This document shows positions 9,682 through 19,247 of a stretch of 64,000 bases of DNA, piece after piece (position 1 is the first letter of the stretch; the number at the start of each line of letters is the position of its first letter). Under the pieces are notes generated by a model. It did no database searches, was not told the DNA's origin, and saw only the letters and a list, made by a program, of their open reading frames with translations. The position numbers and the translations under genes were made by a program. Source of the DNA: Promethearchaeota archaeon (GTDB lineage Archaea > Asgardarchaeota > Lokiarchaeia > Sigyniarchaeales > SOKP01); assembly GCA_048939995.1 (NCBI GenBank), contig JBHLOY010000002.1, positions 32,001 to 96,000 on the forward strand, read 5' to 3'.

Positions 9682-10635
9682 ATGACTGAAGAAACTAAAT
9701 TTGAACATTTAAAGATCGATTGGCCCCCTCTAAAAGATGAGGATGGAAATGTAATCCGTGAAGGAACCATTGAAGGAAATTACGCTGTAATTTCAATTAA
9801 CAGACCAGATAGGTTAAATGCCCTAACAGAACAGACAGTTGCAGAAATTACAAAAGCTCTTAGAATTATGGAACTTGATCAATCAATTCGAGCTGTAGTT
9901 TTAAGGGGGACGAAGGATTATACAAAAAAGCCTGCATTTTCTGCAGGTGCAGATCTTGCAGCTATGGTGAATCCACGACTAAAAATGAATGTTCCTATGC
10001 ATATGAGCATGGCGATGAGAATAAGACATAGAGATTATGATGAAATGGCACAATTTTCCAAACCTTTAATCGCTGCTGTTGATGGATTTGCTTTGGGTGG
10101 AGGTTTTGAAATCGTATTAACCTGTGATATTGTTATCGCGAGTGATAGAGCAATCTTTGGAACCCCAGAGATCCATCGTGGAATCTTTTCAGCAAATGGG
10201 GGAGTCACTAGATTAGCTGAAAGAATAGGTGTTAATAGAGCCTTGCGTGTTGGATATTTTGGAGAGCAATTTGATGCAAAAACTATGCTTGATTGGGGGT
10301 TGGTAACATGGATGGCTGCTGCTGGGGATGAATTCGAAAAATTAGTCCATGAAAAAGCTAAGTGGCTTAGTGAAGCTCCAACAACTGCACTATTTATCAT
10401 AAAGAAATGCGTAAAATTTGGAACTCGATATCCACAATTAGGTATTATGATGGAACAACTTGGTTTTGGTGTAAATAGTGCAAGTTTTGATTCTAAAGAA
10501 GGTATTGCAGCATTCAACAGAAAAATAAGGTGCCCTGTATGCAATGGTAAAGGTAAAATGGAAGATGGAAGCACTTGTCAAAATTGTGGTGGAGCAAAGA
10601 GAATAAAAGACACTCCCCACTTCAAGGGGCTGTAA
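9682..10635 (+). CDS. Enoyl-CoA hydratase/isomerase with C-terminal CxxCxGxG zinc finger
   Basis: NRPDRLNAL, FSAGADL, GFALGGGFE, PE; CPVCNGKG...CQNCGG near the C-terminus. Confidence 0.9.
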   Translation: MTEETKFEHLKIDWPPLKDEDGNVIREGTIEGNYAVISINRPDRLNALTEQTVAEITKALRIMELDQSIRAVVLRGTKDYTKKPAFSAGADLAAMVNPRLKMNVPMHMSMAMRIRHRDYDEMAQFSKPLIAAVDGFALGGGFEIVLTCDIVIASDRAIFGTPEIHRGIFSANGGVTRLAERIGVNRALRVGYFGEQFDAKTMLDWGLVTWMAAAGDEFEKLVHEKAKWLSEAPTTALFIIKKCVKFGTRYPQLGIMMEQLGFGVNSASFDSKEGIAAFNRKIRCPVCNGKGKMEDGSTCQNCGGAKRIKDTPHFKGL

Positions 10636-10695
10636 TTTGGTACGTATTTTTTCTATTTTTTTTCCTTTTTTACTAAAATAATTCTTGAATAAAAA

Positions 10696-11250
10696 ATGAT
10701 GCATAATATTGAGCTAATTGAAGAAATCAATGATAATAATCTTTATTTAAGGAAAATTTCTAAAGATGACATCTCATTCTTCTATGAGAGCTTAAAGATT
10801 AAGGATATAACGAATTATTTATCATTAGGACCTTTATTATCTTATGATCATGCTAAACGTATTATTAAAAATTATTTAAAATACTGGGAGGGATATCTCC
10901 AATTTAATTACATAATAGAACTTAGAGAAGGACCTAAACCTTTAAAGATTGGTTCTGTGAGCTTATGGAATATAAGTTGGCAACATAAAAGAGCAGAGAT
11001 AGGTGTATGGCTTGTTCCTAATTATTGGGAAAAAGGTATCGGCAAGAAAACTCTTAAACTGATAAAGAAGATTGCTTTTATTCATCTTAAACTTAATAGA
11101 ATCCAAGCTCATGTCGCTTTAGAAAATTTGCGTTCAATTTCCACATTTAAAAACTCTGGATTCCTAGAAGAAGGTCAACTAAAAGAGTACTTAAATTTAA
11201 ATGGTAAATTCTATGATGCTATTATATTAGCTTGTCTAAAAAAGTCTTGA
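10696..11250 (+). CDS. GNAT acetyltransferase, RimJ/RimL type
   Basis: AEIGVWL...W.KGIG, N.RS...F...GF.EEG. Confidence 0.88.
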   Translation: MMHNIELIEEINDNNLYLRKISKDDISFFYESLKIKDITNYLSLGPLLSYDHAKRIIKNYLKYWEGYLQFNYIIELREGPKPLKIGSVSLWNISWQHKRAEIGVWLVPNYWEKGIGKKTLKLIKKIAFIHLKLNRIQAHVALENLRSISTFKNSGFLEEGQLKEYLNLNGKFYDAIILACLKKS

Positions 11251-11685
11251 TGTAATTGATTTAATGCTCCTAGATTTAAATAATTGTTCAATATCCTTAG
11301 AAAATGATTTAAATATATTGACATTTCCATTAAAATCTAATAATTTCATTTTAAATTTAGAAGTAAATTTATCCAATATGTCTTTAGCAAACTGATCAAC
11401 ATTTTTTTTTTTTATCTTTTTGTTGTCAGTTTTTATGATTAAATGACAAACTTTATCGGGATGTGTATAAAAATAGAATTCATTTTTACCTATTTTCAAT
11501 GTGACTAAACTTTGGTTAAATTTATATCTTGTAAAGCGACAGATTTGGTCAAAATAACTTCCAATCAATCGGTAATCATACTCTTTATTGAAACTATTAT
11601 CTATCGCATAATTAAACAGTGGAATACCTGTATTAGATAAAAAAATGATTTCTTGGATCAACTTTTCTCCAAATTCAATATTCAA
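11236..11685 (-). CDS. Longin-like/roadblock-like small domain protein
   Basis: IIFLSNTGIPLF start, central beta hairpin, C-terminal F..KF...L..F.G.V..F..F pattern typical of longin-like domains. Confidence 0.55.
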   Translation of the reverse strand: MNIEFGEKLIQEIIFLSNTGIPLFNYAIDNSFNKEYDYRLIGSYFDQICRFTRYKFNQSLVTLKIGKNEFYFYTHPDKVCHLIIKTDNKKIKKKNVDQFAKDILDKFTSKFKMKLLDFNGNVNIFKSFSKDIEQLFKSRSIKSITSRLF

Positions 11686-11766
11686 TTTTTGAATATTTAT
11701 AAACTTTCTAGTGATAGTATAGATTCAATTCAAAATTTAAAGTAGTTATTAACTAAAAAATAATAT

Positions 11767-12909
11767 TTATTTTTTACTATTAAATTGCGCTATTTTCTCT
11801 TTAATTTCTTTAAATTTACTTAAAGCCAATTCGAAATTATCCTTCTTTATGGCATCTGTTGCCTCTGAATTCAGATTAATTATGATCATTCTAAACTTCT
11901 CATATTCATTAAACTCTTGAATTCTCCTCTTAATATCTTTAATATATTCAGAGTATTTATTAACATAATCTTCTTTTCCAATGAATCTTGATATTTTTAT
12001 TATTTGATTACAATTATCTATAGCCTCATCAAATAAGAATCTCTTTATATTTTCTTCAACTAAAATCTCTAAATCCTCAATATCCTTTTTAAGCTTATTA
12101 TATTTTTGTTTTGCATCAACTATTGATCTTTCTTTAATCTTTATTTCTTTCTCAAAGTTCGGTAATGCTTTTTCTTGAATAATTTGACTGACTGATTTTA
12201 ATAAATCCTTCGCTTTATCAAATTCATATTTATCTGTTAAATTTGTAACTTCCTGAAGAGAGTCTTCAATCTTTTCATGAAAGTCGTATTTTTTTTTGAG
12301 CTCAACAAACATGGCTTCTAAAGTATCCCATTTTTCTTTTATAGATATATCTTCAATTTTTCTTAAAAGCTCTTTAGCTTTTCGAATTATGTCATTAGCT
12401 AGAATAACGTTATTTGTGCTGAGATAACTATTTAATTGTATTTCAAGTGGTTCTAATTGCCTCTTTATATCTTTCTTTTTACTTGAATAATCATCCCATA
12501 TTTTTTTGTCTTTTTTAATTAATTCTTCTATTACGGTATTTGAACTCAAATTTAAAATTTTATTATATTTTTCTTTGAAAGAAGCTACTATTTCATGCGC
12601 ATCATCGATTTTGTTCGCGTTTAACAAATTTTCAAATCTACCTTTCAAATCCTCAAAATCATCAATTAAGAATGGTTTTTGATTTCCAATTAGTTGGTGA
12701 ATTTTGTTAACGAATTTTTGTTGTTGCCTTATTATAGAACTTAATTCCGCTTTTTTAGCAAGTTCAATAATTTCTTCTGTGGTTTTTATAGCATCGTCAT
12801 ATTTTCCCATCAAATAATGGTTATTTGCTATTACTTTTAACTCGTCAATTTCAGAGATTATAATGATCTTTTCTTTTTCATCTAATTTTTTTTGTTTTGA
12901 ATCCATCAA
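11767..12909 (-). CDS. Alpha-helical repeat/coiled-coil (TPR-like) protein
   Basis: Repeated YDDAI/FDKAK/FDEAI/FELAL helical units. Confidence 0.6.
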   Translation of the reverse strand: MMDSKQKKLDEKEKIIIISEIDELKVIANNHYLMGKYDDAIKTTEEIIELAKKAELSSIIRQQQKFVNKIHQLIGNQKPFLIDDFEDLKGRFENLLNANKIDDAHEIVASFKEKYNKILNLSSNTVIEELIKKDKKIWDDYSSKKKDIKRQLEPLEIQLNSYLSTNNVILANDIIRKAKELLRKIEDISIKEKWDTLEAMFVELKKKYDFHEKIEDSLQEVTNLTDKYEFDKAKDLLKSVSQIIQEKALPNFEKEIKIKERSIVDAKQKYNKLKKDIEDLEILVEENIKRFLFDEAIDNCNQIIKISRFIGKEDYVNKYSEYIKDIKRRIQEFNEYEKFRMIIINLNSEATDAIKKDNFELALSKFKEIKEKIAQFNSKK

Positions 12910-12928
12910 TGACCACGATTAAAACTAG

Positions 12929-13975
12929 TTATTCAATAAATTGCTCTAATAAACCAACAATTTGGTCAAACTTTTCTATTGCTTCTGAAATTTTACGTTT
13001 GTCGATAAATTTAATGGCTTTTTTGCTTAAATCCTCGAGCTCATTTTTCTTAATACTTTTGAAATTAAAGTATTCATCCTTAATTGAGTCTAGTTTGCTC
13101 AAGACCTCCCTATCAATCACTTTATCCACTAAATCCTCAATCTCTTTTAGGGATTTGCCTGCTTGAAATACTTTACTAGCTTTCATAAACCTTTCTATTT
13201 TTCTTACTAATACTTCAACTCTTTTCTTTAAAACTTGTTGTTCTTCTCTTAGATTAAATAAAATATTTTCATCCTTCAATATTAAATCTTGAGCAAATTG
13301 GATTGAAAGTAAATTAACATCATTTTGATATTTGTTTTTAAAATCCTGTGCTATATTATGAGCTTCTTTATAGTTTCTAGCTCTAATTAGATTTTCAAAA
13401 ACTTTCAATTTGATCTCTGCTTCAGTTTCAATTTTCCTCACAATTTGCTTAATTTTGTTTCTAGATTTTGCTTCTTCAATAAAGTTAAGCATATCTTTTT
13501 CGAGGGAATAGTCATCAATTTCATGAGCTAAATTTATAACTTTCTGAGCTATATCTATAGCTTCATTATAATTTTCTGCTACAAAATTTTTATCCACTCC
13601 CTCTTTTAATCGATTTATTTCAGAAATAACTGGTAATAATTTGAACTCTAGCTGCCTAAAATGCTCTCTATATTTACTCTTTGAAATTTCAATAAGTTCA
13701 AAAAAATCAACTGGCTCAGAATTATATTCTATTATTATATTACGGATTACTTTCAAATTGGGATAATTTCTAAAAAAGATTTCGCGAATTGTAGGAATAT
13801 GACTTTTTAAAGACTGTGAGACTTTTTTACTAACCCATATATATAATCGCTTTTGATTTACAACATAAAAAGTTAAGATATCGAATAAAGTAAAATTAGA
13901 TAACAAGTTTTTCGTTGAGATTTCTTCTAAATTTCCCGAATAATTTAATTTAAATAATTTTATATTATTTTGCAA
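12929..13975 (-). CDS. Divergent gelsolin-like N-terminal domain plus helical repeats
   Basis: LYIWV.K..S...I.IE.NSEP.DFF; C-terminal YNEAI/YKEAH/ISEAI repeats like the downstream gene. Confidence 0.6.
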   Translation of the reverse strand: MQNNIKLFKLNYSGNLEEISTKNLLSNFTLFDILTFYVVNQKRLYIWVSKKVSQSLKSHIPTIREIFFRNYPNLKVIRNIIIEYNSEPVDFFELIEISKSKYREHFRQLEFKLLPVISEINRLKEGVDKNFVAENYNEAIDIAQKVINLAHEIDDYSLEKDMLNFIEEAKSRNKIKQIVRKIETEAEIKLKVFENLIRARNYKEAHNIAQDFKNKYQNDVNLLSIQFAQDLILKDENILFNLREEQQVLKKRVEVLVRKIERFMKASKVFQAGKSLKEIEDLVDKVIDREVLSKLDSIKDEYFNFKSIKKNELEDLSKKAIKFIDKRKISEAIEKFDQIVGLLEQFIE

Positions 13976-14080
13976 TTTTAAAAGCCCTCTGATATTATAT
14001 TAAAAAAAATTTATTATTTCTCATTAAACTTACTTTTATCTTTAAGAAAAGTAAATGAAAATATATTTTAAATCATTTTA

Positions 14081-17000
14081 TTATTCATTCGGCTTTTTAT
14101 CAATCCTTCCTAACGTTCTATCTCGTAATATTTTCCCATTAACTGGAGTTCCCTTTATAAATTTTGATGATTTTTTCAATTCTTCTTGATATACATCTTC
14201 AAATGCTTTTTCACGGTCTTTGATGGGTTTACTAGGCATTTCCTCTTTTATTAGAGTCTTACGATACTTTCTGACCTTTCTTACTGGTATAGGATATTTA
14301 AGTACTTTCTGATAATAAATAATATATACAGTTAATCCAGTTGCTATGAGTGCTACAATAACAAATAACAGTTGAAATAAATAGGATTCTTCAATAGGGA
14401 CAAACACATCATAAGTTATTTGAAGAATTACATTATCAATTGAGACGATTATATTTTCTGACAGCCCAAATTCATCAGCTAGATAAGTTTGAATTGAAAC
14501 ATTAATCTCTTTATCATTAGGAGTTAATTCAGTTACATCAAATCCAAATTCACTTGCTCTCGTGAAACTAGTTTCTGCTCTACTTAGCTTTATAGTTTCA
14601 GAATAATCAACATCATTAACTGAAAATCTCATCTCTGAATTCGGGGAGACAGATGTTGGCCATAGTTGATTAATTTGATAATCAAAATTAAGTATTGATT
14701 GAATAATTTCAATTTCATAACCGCCTGCATCAATTTGTGCTCCCAAATATTTCCACGTGATTTTTGAAAATTGATTAATTCTTTTTTCATATGAGATAGA
14801 TAAACTCCAATTTTTAATAATTAAACTCTGCCAATCATCCCCATCCCCCGGATGACCTGAATCTTCGCACCATATATATATTCCTAGAGTAATAGCAAAA
14901 TTTTGGTGATCATATTGTAGGGCTTGTTCAAGAAAGAATATTAAGGTCTCTTCATTAATAGGGAGAATTAGCGTGTCGTTTAGTTGGGTAATCTCAGGAG
15001 GCCCATCTTTCCCTAAATCATCAGTTTGATATTCAGCTGCTAAAAATTTTCTATTACTTTCTGGATCAGATATCATAATAAAATACTTAGCAAAATCTCC
15101 TGTAGCGATCTGCACAGTGGTACCACCACTTAAAGTATCTCCAGGACGATCAATTCCACCCCCATTTACTGGGCTAGCATCTACTGTTCCATTAATCCAA
15201 GTTGTTAAAGATGCAGACGTTATATAATAGTCAGACATATTAACATTCATCGTAAAATTCTTCATCCACTGAACTTTTACTGATTGGGGTTGATTATCTG
15301 GCCAATCATAATATGCATACCACCCTCTCGCATCCATACCATATCCACCACCAGCTATAACATCTGGTAATACAATATTATCTTCATTTTCTATTCTAAT
15401 CCAATTACTGCTTAATCCATCCTCATAAAACTCCTGAGTACCGGAATCTCCTACTATATTAAAATTAGCATGACCACCACTAATATTTGCGCTCAAATCT
15501 GAGATATCACCGTCGAATAAGTTAATCCATCCGTCTTCTGTATCAAATTGAGAGTTTTGAATCCATTGAGCCACTCGTGTATCTCTTTGATATTGTTCAG
15601 GCGGAATCACTTGAGTTAGTGGTATCTCTTCTTGCCTAGTTTGCATTTTAAAACTATTTACTCTAGTTCCAAATAGTATTGGGCTCAAGAATAAACCAAT
15701 AACTATGAATAAAATTATAAAAAGCTGTTTTTTATCCACATTTAGTTTCCTTCCTTCATTCTTTGTAGTCGTTCGTATACCTAAGATGTTTGAAGTTGTT
15801 CTCATCTTTTTCCTATACTTCCTTTGAAACGCTCTATTACGATCAGCAACTAATATATCAGGAGGGCTTTCCTTATTCAAAGTTTTTCTGAATTTTCTTA
15901 ACTTCCTAATTGGCTTTGGAAACCGTAAAACTCTTCGATAATATACATAATAAAATGTCAATCCACTCAACGTAATTAATGCTATTAACAATAAGGTCTG
16001 AAATAACGTATTTAATTGAGCTTCAAAAAATAAATCATAGGATATATTCAGCATTATATTATCTATAGATACTGTATAATTCTCATTAAGTTGAAATTCG
16101 TCTCCAAGAAACATTTGTATAGATAAATTAATCGCTTGATAAGGTGGGATTAATCTGGTAACTTCAAATCCATTCTCTTTAGCTGAATTGAATGTCGATT
16201 CGGCAGTACTTAGTTTAATTGTCTCAGTATGTTCCAATTTATTAATTATTATTCTTAATTCTGAATTGGATGATAAATTAGTAGGCCAGGGTTTATCAAT
16301 CTTGAAATCAAAATTTAATTTTGCGTCTGTAACTCTCACAGTTCCTCCTTTATTATTAATTTGTTCTCCTAGGTATTTCCATGATACAGAAGTGAGTTGA
16401 TCTATCTTCTTTACATAACTAATAGTAAAATTACAGGATTTTATGTATGCTGCAGTAAATTCATCAAGATCTGTGGAACAATTATCCTCACAATTAAATT
16501 CCACACCTAAAATGATGATAAAGTTTTGAAAGTCTCCATTTTGTAATACTTGGTTTAAATAAAAAATTAAATCTTCAATATCATTAGCTTCAAAAATTGT
16601 ATCATATAAATAATCATAACTACCATTAATTCTTGGTCCATCTTGTCCTAATGTGGAAGTTTGATATTGAGCAACTTTATAATTAACATCTTTATTAAGA
16701 TTTGAAACCCTCACATAAAAACGTATATAATCTCCTTCGTAAAAACGAGCCATACCATCATCTCCTGAAACTTCAACACCCTCCCAATGCCAAACATCTC
16801 CAGATCCACATCCAATATATGCTTTTGCTGTAGCATTTATTAATATACTGAGAGATGCATTTGTAATGACATAGTCAGACATATTATAAGGGGTTGTAAT
16901 AACTTTTTCCCAGTGGATACTAGCCTTTTGGAATGCATTAGTTGTAGTTCCTGCATGTTCCGCCCAGTAATGAGATGCGAAACACCCGAATTGATCAACT

Positions 17001-17422
17001 TTATGACCGTTAGTCGGATAGACAGGAATTTCTGGATTTGTAGTATTGCCCCAATTTTGAGATGTTGATGAATTAGGTGTTCCAGATATAAGTGTAGTTG
17101 TATGACTTGCTCCAATTACTTGAAGATTTGCATTTCCTCCACTGATATATGTGTTTACATCTGTTATATCTCCCTCATATTTAGGAATCCATCCTAAACT
17201 ATTATTAAAATCAGGATTGTTAACCCATTGTTCTTGATGTGATTCACTAAACCATGGTCCAAGAAGGCCCCCTTGATTCAATAAAAGAATTCTATTTTGA
17301 TTGTATATTGAGTGACTGGTTTGGTGATTTAAAAATATATATAAACCAATAGCAGTGAATATAAACAATATTATAATATAAAAAGGAATTTTTTTAACAA
17401 AACGTCTTTTTCTTGAAGTCAT
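14081..17422 (-). CDS. Large membrane-anchored surface protein made of two tandem units
   Basis: Two copies of TM-(W..N..F...NMSDY.IT.ASL...CED...NSE.R)-TM-VL(R/K)(F/Y)P.P(I/V)RK. Confidence 0.8.
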   Translation of the reverse strand: MTSRKRRFVKKIPFYIIILFIFTAIGLYIFLNHQTSHSIYNQNRILLLNQGGLLGPWFSESHQEQWVNNPDFNNSLGWIPKYEGDITDVNTYISGGNANLQVIGASHTTTLISGTPNSSTSQNWGNTTNPEIPVYPTNGHKVDQFGCFASHYWAEHAGTTTNAFQKASIHWEKVITTPYNMSDYVITNASLSILINATAKAYIGCGSGDVWHWEGVEVSGDDGMARFYEGDYIRFYVRVSNLNKDVNYKVAQYQTSTLGQDGPRINGSYDYLYDTIFEANDIEDLIFYLNQVLQNGDFQNFIIILGVEFNCEDNCSTDLDEFTAAYIKSCNFTISYVKKIDQLTSVSWKYLGEQINNKGGTVRVTDAKLNFDFKIDKPWPTNLSSNSELRIIINKLEHTETIKLSTAESTFNSAKENGFEVTRLIPPYQAINLSIQMFLGDEFQLNENYTVSIDNIMLNISYDLFFEAQLNTLFQTLLLIALITLSGLTFYYVYYRRVLRFPKPIRKLRKFRKTLNKESPPDILVADRNRAFQRKYRKKMRTTSNILGIRTTTKNEGRKLNVDKKQLFIILFIVIGLFLSPILFGTRVNSFKMQTRQEEIPLTQVIPPEQYQRDTRVAQWIQNSQFDTEDGWINLFDGDISDLSANISGGHANFNIVGDSGTQEFYEDGLSSNWIRIENEDNIVLPDVIAGGGYGMDARGWYAYYDWPDNQPQSVKVQWMKNFTMNVNMSDYYITSASLTTWINGTVDASPVNGGGIDRPGDTLSGGTTVQIATGDFAKYFIMISDPESNRKFLAAEYQTDDLGKDGPPEITQLNDTLILPINEETLIFFLEQALQYDHQNFAITLGIYIWCEDSGHPGDGDDWQSLIIKNWSLSISYEKRINQFSKITWKYLGAQIDAGGYEIEIIQSILNFDYQINQLWPTSVSPNSEMRFSVNDVDYSETIKLSRAETSFTRASEFGFDVTELTPNDKEINVSIQTYLADEFGLSENIIVSIDNVILQITYDVFVPIEESYLFQLLFVIVALIATGLTVYIIYYQKVLKYPIPVRKVRKYRKTLIKEEMPSKPIKDREKAFEDVYQEELKKSSKFIKGTPVNGKILRDRTLGRIDKKPNE

Positions 17423-17586
17423 TAATTTATTTCCCTCATTGATTGATTATTTACAAAATGAATTAAAAACCTTTAACCAATTATTAATGATAATATTTTG
17501 ATATTAATAATTTATAGTTTTAGTTTTATACTTTTCTCAATATTGTTAAAAAAGAATAAAACTACAAAGTAAGAAAATAAATTTTT

Positions 17587-19215
17587 TCACTTTTTTATTG
17601 TTTTAGCTTCCTCTTTAAATAACTTGTCTTTCTCTATTTTTCCATCAAGAGGAGTTCCCTTAAGAATTTTGGCAGTCTTGTCAATTTCCCCTGCGTAATT
17701 CCTTTTAAACGCTCCTTCGCGGCTGATAATCTTAACATCTGGATCTTTTTCATCTAATAATGCTTTTTTATGTTTACGTACTTTTCGAATTGGAATTGGG
17801 AATCTCCACACTTTTATATATGCTATTAACAATCCTGTTATGACAGTTGTGATCATCGCTGCAATTATAAATAAACCAGCATATAACCAAGGCTCTAAAA
17901 GATCTTCCGTAATAAGAATATACGAAATTGTAAGATATAAATCATCAATCGAAATGATAATTGTTTCACCTAACCCAAAAGAATCTGCTATGTAGACTTG
18001 AATTGCAGTTGATATATTTACATCCTTCAAAATTAATGCAGTAACATTAAATCCATCTAGTTTTGCATCTTGAAATGTATCGGAATAAGTATAAGATCTT
18101 AATTTAACAGCTTCAGAATGAGTATTATTATTAATTATGATTCTGATTTCTGAATTTGGAGAAGAGATTGTCCAATTTTGATCAATCTTATATTTAAATC
18201 TAAGATTTGCATCTAAAATTCTTGTATTATTACCAGTAATTGAATCTCCAATTTGATTAAAAGATATAGTTGTATATCGATCAACTTTTTTCTCATATGT
18301 GAAAGTTAAATTGAAATTTCTAATAATTAGAGAACTCCATCTATCAATATCTACATTATACTCATTATCTTCTGAATAGATATCTATCCCTAAAGTTATA
18401 GTAAAATTAAAATTATCAGAACTTAAGGCTGAGGTTAAATAAGCAATCAGTATATCTTCAGAAATAACATTCATAGGGCTATCTGGATAACTAGATACAA
18501 TTGGACTATCTTGACCCAAAGTAGTTGTCTGGTTTGAAGCCACTATAAAAGGATATGTATTATTTAAATCTGAAATAAGAACATAAAATGTTGCAAAATC
18601 ACCAATTCCAAATTGAGTATCTGTTGGAGGATTCTGACCTTCAGTATAATCACCATATACTTCTATTCCCCCACCATCATGATCTAAGGCTTGAACACTT
18701 GCATTAAAGTATGCAGAAAGAGATGCAGAGGTTATAATATGATCTGACATGTCAATTGGTAGAGTAATATTTCTTTTCCATTGAATACTAGGATTGTTTC
18801 TTGTCTGATCTATGCTTTCATGCCAAGTATGGGAAACATAACATCCTGATTGGTTAATGCCATAAGAATCTGGCAGAATAGGTAAATATGGATTCTGAAA
18901 TGATAACCAATTCCCACTATCCAGTGGTTCATCTATTTTGATTTCACCATAATCACCGAGAACAAGAAAGTCTGCTTTTCCATTATTTATTGAACCATTC
19001 ACATCGGAACTATCACCTAATTTGCCTTTATTCAGGTTCCAATGATCTGTAGTTGTAAATGATGGATTGTTAATCCAATTACGAGTTATTAATTGTTCAC
19101 GAGCGAATCCATTTACTAAATAAAAATTGAAACAAACCAAGCTAACACTAATCACTAAAAAGATTATTTTTTTATTCCTTAATCCTTCTTTTTTAATTGT
19201 CATTATATTTCTCAT
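17587..19215 (-). CDS. Membrane-anchored surface protein, paralog (single unit)
   Basis: Same motifs (WINNPSF, DMSDHIITSASL, SPNSEIR, RFPIPIRK). Confidence 0.8.
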   Translation of the reverse strand: MRNIMTIKKEGLRNKKIIFLVISVSLVCFNFYLVNGFAREQLITRNWINNPSFTTTDHWNLNKGKLGDSSDVNGSINNGKADFLVLGDYGEIKIDEPLDSGNWLSFQNPYLPILPDSYGINQSGCYVSHTWHESIDQTRNNPSIQWKRNITLPIDMSDHIITSASLSAYFNASVQALDHDGGGIEVYGDYTEGQNPPTDTQFGIGDFATFYVLISDLNNTYPFIVASNQTTTLGQDSPIVSSYPDSPMNVISEDILIAYLTSALSSDNFNFTITLGIDIYSEDNEYNVDIDRWSSLIIRNFNLTFTYEKKVDRYTTISFNQIGDSITGNNTRILDANLRFKYKIDQNWTISSPNSEIRIIINNNTHSEAVKLRSYTYSDTFQDAKLDGFNVTALILKDVNISTAIQVYIADSFGLGETIIISIDDLYLTISYILITEDLLEPWLYAGLFIIAAMITTVITGLLIAYIKVWRFPIPIRKVRKHKKALLDEKDPDVKIISREGAFKRNYAGEIDKTAKILKGTPLDGKIEKDKLFKEEAKTIKK

Positions 19216-19247
19216 TCCTAATATTTCATTATATTTTTGATTGATTT

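Noticed and set aside
10035-10574. 179-aa antisense ORF and the other short opposite-strand ORFs in the track
   Set aside because: They overlap well-supported genes on the other strand and have no recognisable motifs
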